DNA of 64,000 nt from a virus, in IMG/VR virus record IMGVR_UViG_3300047462_000154, positions 108,316 to 172,315 of that record; one strand, written 5' to 3'. How positions within the stretch are numbered: the stretch's first letter is position 1; each line of letters starts with the position of its first letter. The position numbers and the translations under genes were made by a program. Shown here in pieces: positions 38,591-47,109 of this stretch. A model generated the notes under the pieces. The model was not told the DNA's origin and ran no database searches. It saw nothing but the letters and a program-made list of their open reading frames with translations.

Positions 38591-41500
38591 TTATGTTCCA
38601 GGCGTGCCAGGAGCGGGTGGTGGTGGAGCCTCAGTAGATGACGTGCTTCCACCAGGACCAGCTTCAGGAGGCTGTTCACCGCCTACAACATTACCATCAG
38701 TATTATCTTCAGGTTCATTACCTAAAGCGTCTAATCCAAAATCATTCGATGTGCCTCTAACGCCAACATCTGATAAATCTTGATTCGTATTGGAATCAGC
38801 AGGATTTTCACCTGTTGAATTTTCTACCAATTCTGGATTTTCTTCTTGCCATAATGTTTCATTTTCAATCAATTCATTTTCTGATAAATTCAAGAAACGT
38901 TTTAATTTAAATCTTTCAGATAAACGCTTATTGTCTTGAACCTGAGTATATACTTGCATTTGTTGGGTATCGATTTCAATTTGTCTATACTTCGTAAAAT
39001 TCTGTGGAGGATTAAAACGAAGTTCAAAAATACTTGAATCAATCTCAATACCATTTTTTTCCAAATAGTATTTAAATTCTTTATCAAATACTGGAGATAA
39101 TAAATTCTGCAATCTCATGCAATATTTGTTGAAACGAAATTCTTGAATTAATGCAGCACCTAATTTACCATCATTAAAAGAAATAGCACCAGCAGCATCA
39201 TCTCCAATAGACAAATATGATGGTGGAATACGCAAACCACGTGCAAGCTTCTTACTAAACCAAGATAAATCTGTTATTTCCCCAGTGGAATTATAAGTAA
39301 ATACACCAGCACATAATGCAAAAGTATGAAAATCATGAAAAATTTCTAAACCATCAATAGTTATAGTTCCAGTATCTATTCTTTCATCAAGATATTCAAT
39401 TGAAACAACTTGGTGATTAAAGTTACTGGAATTTTTCTTAAAATGTTTCCAATTTGTAAAACCATATTCATTTATAATTGTAATAATTTGATTAGAATGA
39501 ATTTTATCATTGTTTGTCAAATGATGTGTTTTTGGATTTTCCTTCTTTAATAAATCAATAAATTCTTTATTTTTATTTAAAGAAGAAATCATGGAATTCA
39601 TTGTATTTGCGCCATTTTTTAATTCTTTAATTAAAATTCTCATCATATCAATATTAAAATTGAAAGTTTTTGAATTTTGTAAATCTTTGTAACGAACTTC
39701 ACCCCAAGACAAATTTCGTTCTTCTAACATTTGACGAAAATGTCTTTGATATAAAACAAAATTATTAATATCTAAATTTTTGGCAGTAGTATTTTTATTT
39801 TGTTCAATAATTAAATCCATTATTTCTTTATTTTTGTTTGCTTTTTCAATCAATTGTTCCATTGTTAAAGTTTTTTTATCACACAACGAAATAATTTTTG
39901 TGAAAATTTCATCATCAAACATAAGTTTTTGATTTTTTGCTTGGTTAACAAAAGCTTCAGTTTTTATTCTTTCCTTAAATAAATCAGAATAACGTTCTCT
40001 ACGCTCTGGTGTATACGATTTTTTAACACCTTCTGTTCTACGCGCAACTAACTCATCATGATATTCTTTATCAGACATAAAACGTTCAATATGTTTATCA
40101 ATTCTACCATTTAAGAAACTTTCGCGGCGAGATTCCCAAAACTCTAATTTTTCTTGTTCCGATTTTTTATTCCAAGCCTCTTTGCTTCTTAAACTTGTTT
40201 TTTCTGCAATATCAATTCTTTCTTCATCTGATAAATTTTTCCAATAATTCATCACCCCTTCTCTGATATTATCTTTAAAATTTTCATTAATGGTTTTAGA
40301 ATGATATTCATAATGGTCTTTATAATTCATCCAATACAAATTAGATGGATTGTTATCAAAACGATTAAAGTTTTTATGATGAACACATGTTCTTGGTTCA
40401 TCTCTATACTTTTCATCGTTTATCATAATATTTTCCATATCACTATTTTTAAAATATTTTGCAACTAAACGATGAACATATAACCATTTTTTTGATTGGT
40501 TATCAAAAACCATCATATAATCTTTTGTTCTTCCTTTTTTTATTTCTTGTTTTTTTGTTTCAAAAGGAAATAAAGAATCGCCAATTTGAATATTTCTTGC
40601 TTCTGTTTTGCCTTTTCCTTGAACTGGAAAATTATGGTCAGGTGTCACTGTGATAGTTTCACCATTATCCAAAGTAATTTTCAAAACTTCTGCATTTTTT
40701 CTTGTTATGCCAGCCCAATTAATCATACCAGGAACTATTTTTCCAGTAATTGGGTCACATGAATACGCCCATAATTGTTTACCGTTTTCATGTTCTTTAA
40801 TAATTTCAGAAAGTGATAAATTTCTTCCATCTAATAATGGTATCATTGTATCTAAAGATAAACACTCTCCACCAGGAAGAACGTCAACTTTTGAACCTCT
40901 TCCCTCATTACCGCAATTATGAACATATACACCACTTGATAATGCAAAAACGTGGCTATTTGATTCACTTTCAATTGTTAAATCACCAGTGTCTTCAATG
41001 TATGGAAGTAATTCTACAGAAACCACTTTATGATTTTTCTTATAAGATTTTTTAAACTCATCCCAAGAATTATAACCAGCAATTTCAACAGTTTTATTTA
41101 AAGTTTTGTCTCCAATATATGAACCTATTTTTGTATTATGTTTATATGTTTTTGTATTTTCATTGGCTTTTTTAAATTCAAATTGAAAAATTTCATCATT
41201 TTTTAAAACGGGAATTAATTTAGAAATACTATCATAACCATTATCATATAATTCAACCAAGCGTTTGAACATATTTTCTGAATATTGTAATGTTCTTTCT
41301 TTATTTGACTGTTCTCTAATTTTATTAATGTGATTTACAGATTTTTTTCTTTTTTCATCATCAAAATTTTGCCATGCTCTTATATTACTTTGTCTGTTTC
41401 TTTCTGCTAATTTTACTTTATCTTCATCAGACATATTATCGTATAAATTTCTCATTCCGTTAAGAAGATTTTGTCTTTTAACAGGGTCTTTCCAACTCAC

Positions 41501-43093
41501 ACCCAAAGAATAACTTCCGAGTTTTTTATGCAATTCAATATGTTCTTGTGCATCCATAATTTCTAAATTAGATGGTGTATTATCCATAGAATTTAAATTC
41601 TTATGATGACATACAATATTTTTATCAATTGGTTTTTTTGATATTTCATGAACAAATTTTTTCTTATTTGTTTTATTGCATAAATATCTTACATATTGTT
41701 TCTTTTTTTGATTTTTTCCAGAATTAAATTGAAACAAATATAAAGGCATTAATGATTGCCCAGTAACCAATTTTTCTGCTTCTAATTCAGAACCATCTCT
41801 CAATATAAATTTATGGTCTGGAGTGCAATCAATATATTCACCATTATCTAATGTAACTCTTAAAATTTCTGCATTTTTTCTTGTAATTCCAGCCCAAGAA
41901 ATTTTTCCTGGTTCCATTTCATGAGTTTTTGTGTTTAAAGAATATATCCAATTTTCTTTGCCATTTTTATATTCCTCAATTAAATCATTTAAAGATAATT
42001 TTCTACCATCTAATAAATCAATTTTGGTATTTAGAGAAAGACAAGCGAAAAAATAATCCTCCACCATACTCATTGCGTTGTAACTGGCATCAAGGCGTGA
42101 ATTTCCACCACCCGACCTATTTGGTATGTACCTGGAATGAATTTCATTTTTTACAGTTTCTAAATGTGCTTTAGCTTTTACGGGTGGCATTGCTCCAACG
42201 TCAATATAAAAAACTCTTCTTTCTGGCGCACGTTGCACGCGATAAATTAAAATAGCATCTTCCAATAATTCTTTTTGTTTAAATGTTTTGAATATTGGTT
42301 CTAATACGCTTTGACCAAACGGAAAATTAATGTCCATACCAACGGACAAAGATAAATGCACCATATGTTTTGCATCAACAACAAACATTTGGTTTTGCAT
42401 TGTTTGTGCTGCTTGTCTTCCTCTTGGGTCTGCATTGGAACCAGCCAATGAAAATGCAACTGGACCGCTTGAAGCAGGAACAACGGCAGGGCGTCCACCA
42501 TAAGCGTTTGCTGCACCAAATGGTGTACGATATTGTTGAGGGTCAGCAGTGATTGTTGCGAATTTTGCTTGTCGATTTAAATCTAATCCTCTGATGACAT
42601 ATTCTTCTGGTTTTTTACTACCAGAATCATCAACTTTTACCATTTCCACCATGAATGAATCGACCCATAACCATTCTAATGTTTCTGGGTCTCTTAGGAA
42701 TAATTGGTCACCATTTTTGATGGTATTTCTGAACATTTGCCATAATTTTTGGCGAAAGGTATTTAATTTAATCCATTTTTCAATATATTCATTGATAAGT
42801 TTTACTTCGGTTTCTGTTACTTTACCATTATATTTTATTTCAAATGGTTGGTCAGATTGTTCTTCTGATTGCGTGCAAAAATCAGCAATAGTATCCAAAG
42901 CAGCATTAATATCAGAATCTCTATCCATATCGTCATATTGATAATATCTTTGAATTCTATTTGGATGCCCTGCATATACTTCTGGTAAATAACTTGAATA
43001 TTTTGCAGATGTTCCCGCCATACCACCTTGAGACACAGGATTTGTTGTAGATGTGGGCAAATTGGCACTTCTAAAAAATTTTTTCCAACTCAT
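38591..43093 (-). CDS. gp20: Portal vertex protein (gp20-like) with two inteins; spliced product 599 aa
   Basis: MDRDSDINAALDTIADFCTQ, LLEDAILIYRVQRAPERRVFYIDVG, EDYFF..EGRGSKVDVLPGG, LARGLRIPPSYL. Confidence 0.95.
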   Translation of the reverse strand: MSWKKFFRSANLPTSTTNPVSQGGMAGTSAKYSSYLPEVYAGHPNRIQRYYQYDDMDRDSDINAALDTIADFCTQSEEQSDQPFEIKYNGKVTETEVKLINEYIEKWIKLNTFRQKLWQMFRNTIKNGDQLFLRDPETLEWLWVDSFMVEMVKVDDSGSKKPEEYVIRGLDLNRQAKFATITADPQQYRTPFGAANAYGGRPAVVPASSGPVAFSLAGSNADPRGRQAAQTMQNQMFVVDAKHMVHLSLSVGMDINFPFGQSVLEPIFKTFKQKELLEDAILIYRVQRAPERRVFYIDVGAMPPVKAKAHLETVKNEIHSRYIPNRSGGGNSRLDASYNAMSMVEDYFFACLSLNTKIDLLDGRKLSLNDLIEEYKNGKENWIYSLNTKTHEMEPGKISWAGITRKNAEILRVTLDNGEYIDCTPDHKFILRDGSELEAEKLVTGQSLMPLYLFQFNSGKNQKKKQYVRYLCNKTNKKKFVHEISKKPIDKNIVCHHKNLNSMDNTPSNLEIMDAQEHIELHKKLGSYSLGVSWKDPVKRQNLLNGMRNLYDNMSDEDKVKLAERNRQSNIRAWQNFDDEKRKKSVNHINKIREQSNKERTLQYSENMFKRLVELYDNGYDSISKLIPVLKNDEIFQFEFKKANENTKTYKHNTKIGSYIGDKTLNKTVEIAGYNSWDEFKKSYKKNHKVVSVELLPYIEDTGDLTIESESNSHVFALSSGVYVHNCGNEGRGSKVDVLPGGECLSLDTMIPLLDGRNLSLSEIIKEHENGKQLWAYSCDPITGKIVPGMINWAGITRKNAEVLKITLDNGETITVTPDHNFPVQGKGKTEARNIQIGDSLFPFETKKQEIKKGRTKDYMMVFDNQSKKWLYVHRLVAKYFKNSDMENIMINDEKYRDEPRTCVHHKNFNRFDNNPSNLYWMNYKDHYEYHSKTINENFKDNIREGVMNYWKNLSDEERIDIAEKTSLRSKEAWNKKSEQEKLEFWESRRESFLNGRIDKHIERFMSDKEYHDELVARRTEGVKKSYTPERRERYSDLFKERIKTEAFVNQAKNQKLMFDDEIFTKIISLCDKKTLTMEQLIEKANKNKEIMDLIIEQNKNTTAKNLDINNFVLYQRHFRQMLEERNLSWGEVRYKDLQNSKTFNFNIDMMRILIKELKNGANTMNSMISSLNKNKEFIDLLKKENPKTHHLTNNDKIHSNQIITIINEYGFTNWKHFKKNSSNFNHQVVSIEYLDERIDTGTITIDGLEIFHDFHTFALCAGVFTYNSTGEITDLSWFSKKLARGLRIPPSYLSIGDDAAGAISFNDGKLGAALIQEFRFNKYCMRLQNLLSPVFDKEFKYYLEKNGIEIDSSIFELRFNPPQNFTKYRQIEIDTQQMQVYTQVQDNKRLSERFKLKRFLNLSENELIENETLWQEENPELVENSTGENPADSNTNQDLSDVGVRGTSNDFGLDALGNEPEDNTDGNVVGGEQPPEAGPGGSTSSTEAPPPPAPGTPGT
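39290..40864 (-). mobile_element. Portal intein 2 (525 aa) with HNH endonuclease
   Basis: CLSLDTM...VTPDHNF...VHHKNFNRFDNNPSNL...GVFTYN followed by +1 Ser. Confidence 0.93.
40916..42043 (-). mobile_element. Portal intein 1 (376 aa) with HNH endonuclease
   Basis: CLSLNTK...CTPDHKF...CHHKNLNSMDNTPSNL...GVYVHN followed by +1 Cys. Confidence 0.93.
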
Positions 43094-43241
43094 TTATATA
43101 AAACCTTTGTTTATTCTTATTTTTATTTATTAATAATAAACTAATTTAATTATTATTGCATTATTTATTTACATAAATTTTGGTTGACAAAATAAAAAAC
43201 TATGTTATTTTGAATATGACACACATACATGGAATATTATT

Positions 43242-43534
43242 ATGAGGACAATTTTTGAAACTAAACAGGGCGATACAAATTGTGTCTATACTTTGGTGGA
43301 TTTGGAATCTTTGGTTGCAAAAATCAAAGCGGAGGTTCCTGCTGAAAAATTGTCTTCTGTTGAAGTTGTTTTGGATTGTGAAGAAGAAACATTTGATTTG
43401 ATTTGCAATTTGTTACTGTTGTTGAATATCAAGCCTCATTTATTGAATCTGTGGTTTTGAAGATTGATGATTCTAATTCCAAAAGAATTAAGAATAACGT
43501 TGAACATTATTTGCCAGAAAATATGAAGGTTTAA
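43242..43534 (+). pseudogene. Hypothetical gene frameshifted by a 5-nt tandem repeat
   Basis: ATTTG x3 at 43391-43405; removing one unit gives a continuous ORF ...TFDLQFVTVVEYQASFIESVVLKIDD...ENMKV*. Confidence 0.6.
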
Positions 43535-43536
43535 AA

Positions 43537-43701
43537 TGATGACTTTATCAGATAAAATCAAACAAAAGCGAATCAAAAAAGCACAAATCAAAATTGAGCA
43601 ATGTGTTAAACGTGTTATCATGGCAAAAGAAGCATTCGATAGGGCACAAAATGCTTTGATGATTGCAGAAGATGATTTGAAAATTGCGCGGTATAATTTA
43701 A
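43537..43701 (+). CDS. Small coiled-coil hypothetical protein
   Basis: MMTLSDKIKQKRIKKAQIKIEQCVKRVIMAKEAF..., below the track size cutoff; end coordinate approximate. Confidence 0.5.
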
Positions 43702-43716
43702 CTTTGGAATGGTAAA

Positions 43717-43995
43717 ATGTCAGTTCGTGGAAAATCGAAAGAAGTTACGTGCAAATGCTGTGGCACACCATTTCGTGCTCGGATTGCTGATATCAAGCGT
43801 GGTTGGGGCAAGTATTGTTCGAAATCATGCAAGGCAATCAAGCAAACGCAACGGACTGGTTATTATGGTCCAAATCGTGATGAAAATCGCGGTATGAATA
43901 AAGATGGGTCATTTCAAATGTCGCAAGCTGATTTGGCGGCGGGCGGTTATGGTGATGCGGATTGGAACACTTCTTTTGGTGATGGGAAAATGTGA
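43717..43995 (+). CDS. Small zinc-finger protein
   Basis: CKCCG.PF.AR.AD.KRGWGKYCSKSC. Confidence 0.7.
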   Translation: MSVRGKSKEVTCKCCGTPFRARIADIKRGWGKYCSKSCKAIKQTQRTGYYGPNRDENRGMNKDGSFQMSQADLAAGGYGDADWNTSFGDGKM

Positions 43996-44273
43996 TGTTT
44001 TATCTTGAATTTGAAAATTATATAAATGGTAGCGAGATTGATTTGAGTCTTGAACCAATTCTTTACAAAAATCGAGAAATGGCGAGTAAAATGGCGTCTT
44101 GCATGGAATATGAAGAAGGTATTATATGTAATGTGAAACCATTATTTGTTCCGTTTGAAAAAATTTCATTAAATGAAAAAGATATGGAAAGCAGTGTGAA
44201 AATTAATGATTTGCATATTCTTGCAAGAGACATTTATGAACGCGCATTGTTCATGCCAATTTTGTTGGGTGAA

Positions 44274-45530
44274 CTACCCACGCCCTAAAGAGGCGTGGGC
44301 TTCCAAATCATTGACTTGGATTTTTTCACGATTCATCGACTCGTAACTACAATCAGACATGCCCAACTGCCCATTAGAGGAATCTCCCCGTGCGTATATT
44401 CGGACGGTTCCCGCCCTATTGATCTCATTCACTGCCCATTTTTTCAAGTTCATGGCTGCATTTGCATCCCTGTCCATAACCATTCCACACGATCCACATT
44501 CATACACCCGCTTATCCAACGGCATATCTTGTTTGTGTCCACAGTTTGAACACGTCTTTGAACTCGGATAGAACCGATCAACCAACAACAACTTGCCGCC
44601 CTTCGATGCAAGTTTGTATTCAATCATCGAACGGAACTGGCTCCATCCTTGCTTTGCAATCGCATCCGCAAGACAATGGTTTTTCATCATTCCTTTGATG
44701 TTCAAATCTTCCATTCCAACAAACGAATAAGCATTGGCTATCTGCCGACTCGTTTTGTGATGGAAGTCATATCGTTGATTTTTTACATGAGCATGTAATT
44801 TTCTTAGTTTTTGTTTTTGCTTCTTCCTTCTATTCGACTTCTTAATCTGATTTTTCTTGTTCAACAGATCAATTCGAGACAATTTACGCTGTGCTGATTT
44901 CAATCGCTTCAATGATAACTTAAACGCATCAAACATTTCACCATCACTGGTTACAGCAAAAGTCTTTAATCCTACATCAATACCGCATATGTCTTCCTCG
45001 GTGGTGTCGGTGATGGGTTCAATATCAGGTAATTCACACAGACATACTACATACCAGTGAACGCCCTCTTGTTTGACGGTAATGGACATCAATCTACCTT
45101 CTGTTGGGCGATGTTGTTTCCATTTAATCCAGCCGAGTTTTGGAAGTTTGATGGCGTTTTTGCTTAGCTGAATGTGTCCGTTGGTTTGAGGGATGCGGAA
45201 GGTGTCGTTTTCGTCTTCCTTTCTTTTGAAACGAGGAAATCCAAAACCAGATTTGAAACATCTTTTCATTGCTGTATCCAAATCCCAACATCTTTGTTGT
45301 AGGGATTGGCTTGGTAGATCAGCAAGCCATGGATGATCTTTCTTCAATTGTGGAAGTGAAACAATCATCTCATGTTTAAATATGAACTTTTTTTCGTCGG
45401 CATATTTTGCTTGATTTGCAGCAAGCATTGTATTCCACAACCAGCGACAACCACCACCGATCTGTTTAAGATCGGCAACTTGTTTTTCAGTTGGTTTGAG
45501 ACGATATTTGAATGCCTTGTGCATATTCAT
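44274..45530 (-). CDS. tnpB: RNA-guided endonuclease TnpB
   Basis: KAFKYRLKPT HTH, RuvC GIDVG / MEDL / DRDANAA intact, CSNC...CGSC zinc ribbon; probable start 45530. Confidence 0.95.
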   Translation of the reverse strand: MNMHKAFKYRLKPTEKQVADLKQIGGGCRWLWNTMLAANQAKYADEKKFIFKHEMIVSLPQLKKDHPWLADLPSQSLQQRCWDLDTAMKRCFKSGFGFPRFKRKEDENDTFRIPQTNGHIQLSKNAIKLPKLGWIKWKQHRPTEGRLMSITVKQEGVHWYVVCLCELPDIEPITDTTEEDICGIDVGLKTFAVTSDGEMFDAFKLSLKRLKSAQRKLSRIDLLNKKNQIKKSNRRKKQKQKLRKLHAHVKNQRYDFHHKTSRQIANAYSFVGMEDLNIKGMMKNHCLADAIAKQGWSQFRSMIEYKLASKGGKLLLVDRFYPSSKTCSNCGHKQDMPLDKRVYECGSCGMVMDRDANAAMNLKKWAVNEINRAGTVRIYARGDSSNGQLGMSDCSYESMNREKIQVNDLEAHASLGRG

Positions 45531-45566
45531 ATTTATGCAACATGTCGATACGGAGTGTAAATAACT

Positions 45567-45968
45567 ATGCGTGAATATATGTCGAATGGGCGAGCAAAAT
45601 ATTTGCTTATGGCTCATTTCATTTTTGTGGTGAAATACAGAAAGCCTTTGCTTGTTAGATATGGAAACGAAGTGAAGCAGAAAATGATGGATATCGCCTC
45701 AGTGAGTGATTTTGATATAGATACCATAGAGGTTGACAAGGATCACATTCATCTGTTGATTTCGTATGCGCCTCATATATCTATCAGTTCTATAGTTGCT
45801 CGTTTGAAGGGACAGACAACGCACGACTTATGGAAAAACCATCCAGCTTTGTTGAAAAAGCAATTTTGGAAAGAGCATATATTTTGGTCGCCAAGTTATT
45901 TTGCTTGTTCAGTAGTCGGAAATGCGAGCCAAGATATAATTCGCCATTACATAGAAAATCAGGGCTGA
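45567..45968 (+). CDS. tnpA: IS200-type Y1 transposase TnpA
   Basis: HFIFVVKYRK, DHIHLL (HUH), FWSPSYF, YIENQ. Confidence 0.95.
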   Translation: MREYMSNGRAKYLLMAHFIFVVKYRKPLLVRYGNEVKQKMMDIASVSDFDIDTIEVDKDHIHLLISYAPHISISSIVARLKGQTTHDLWKNHPALLKKQFWKEHIFWSPSYFACSVVGNASQDIIRHYIENQG

Positions 45969-46134
45969 TGGGCGGCTTTCATCCCACACGCCCTAAAGAG
46001 GCGTGGGATTTCCCGCCGCACAGATAAAAACCATGATGTTCCGCTTGGATTTGTTCCTTGTTATGGAACTCATTCTGAACCAGATGAATGTTATCAAGGT
46101 CCAACTAAATTTCCAAAAAATTATGGAGTTAATC

Positions 46135-46602
46135 ATGTCTGAAGAAAATTTTGTTGCAAAAGATTTTGTTTATGGTGGTTTACGTGTTTCCAACAAGGAA
46201 CGTTTTGTTGCCATTATTCAAATAAAAGAAGATGGCACGATTTCAACCAATGAACAGCTTTATCCATATAAACGTAATCGCGACCGCGTGGTTGGTGGTG
46301 TTTATCGTGGGGCAACATTTTCTGATAGCAAGGTTCGAGGATTAGACGATGTGAGTTTTGTTTCTGTTTGGAAAAACGGTGAAGATAAAATGCGTCTTGA
46401 AGCTTTGGATTATGAAGCAAATCATATTTACAAGCGTTTATCTCTTGAAAAAAATGCTGATAAAATGACTGAAATTGAAAAAATCATGTTGCCAATTCGT
46501 CAGCAATATACAGCAATGATTAAACGCGGAGATTTTCATGGCGCATCAGCATTTAAATTTGCTGTAACGGAAGCTATCACCAAACCTGTAAAAACATCTT
46601 GA
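46135..46602 (+). CDS. Hypothetical protein
   Basis: GGAG RBS before MSEENFVAKDF; the track start at 46003 lies inside the IS. Confidence 0.65.
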   Translation: MSEENFVAKDFVYGGLRVSNKERFVAIIQIKEDGTISTNEQLYPYKRNRDRVVGGVYRGATFSDSKVRGLDDVSFVSVWKNGEDKMRLEALDYEANHIYKRLSLEKNADKMTEIEKIMLPIRQQYTAMIKRGDFHGASAFKFAVTEAITKPVKTS

Positions 46603-46632
46603 CAAATAGAGGAATTATGTTAATATAATTTT

Positions 46633-47109
46633 ATGGAAACTCGAACCAAAAATTTCTTGATATTTTGTGCACCGATTGCAGTTGTAATGGCGGTTATGTT
46701 TTTGCCATTACTTTTGCTATTGATTTTTGCACAAGTAATTTATGAAATATCTTTGGTTGTTTTGAATGCGATATTACCTTCAACGTTGAACACCATTGCG
46801 TTTGGTTATGGTGCTGGAATGTTGAAGAGTGGTATTGGTTTGACATTCACCTGGATATTCATTCTTGCAAGACACATTGTTGATTTGATTTTGCGTTTCA
46901 AAATCTTTTTCAATGTTGTTATGCTTGGGTTGGTATCTTGTTATTATTATGTTGATGGTTTTGTTTTTAGCAATCCATTTCATACTCTTGTAGCATTTTA
47001 TGACTGGTTTGATTTTGGCACTGGTAATGGTAATTTGACATTTCTCCAATATATTGGCGTTGTTATAATTTGTACAATTATTGTCAAAATTTTTGGAGCT
47101 ATTTTTTAA
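46633..47109 (+). CDS. Membrane protein
   Basis: Several hydrophobic segments; TTGACA promoter upstream. Confidence 0.65.
   Translation: METRTKNFLIFCAPIAVVMAVMFLPLLLLLIFAQVIYEISLVVLNAILPSTLNTIAFGYGAGMLKSGIGLTFTWIFILARHIVDLILRFKIFFNVVMLGLVSCYYYVDGFVFSNPFHTLVAFYDWFDFGTGNGNLTFLQYIGVVIICTIIVKIFGAIF

Larger units (their letters stand above)
44269..46023 (-). mobile_element. IS200/IS605-family element (divergent tnpA and tnpB)
   Basis: CACGCCCTAAAGAGGCGTGGG hairpin at both ends; right end ...GTAGTTCAC; TTTAT target motif abuts the left end; no target duplication; higher GC than flanks. Confidence 0.93.
43992..46142 (+). pseudogene. Hypothetical gene interrupted by IS605 (parts 43992-44268 and 46024-46142)
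   Basis: Joining the flanks gives ...MPILL-D-KNHDVPLGFVPCYGTHSEPDECYQGPTKFPKNYGVNHV* in frame. Confidence 0.85.

Noticed and set aside
44269-46023. IS as an IStron (group I intron-IS hybrid)
   Set aside because: No room or structure for an intron core; tnpA and tnpB fill the element, which lies antisense to the interrupted gene
46003-46134. N-terminal extension of ORF 46003-46602
   Set aside because: It starts inside the IS end and overlaps the tail of the interrupted gene; the RBS supports ATG 46135
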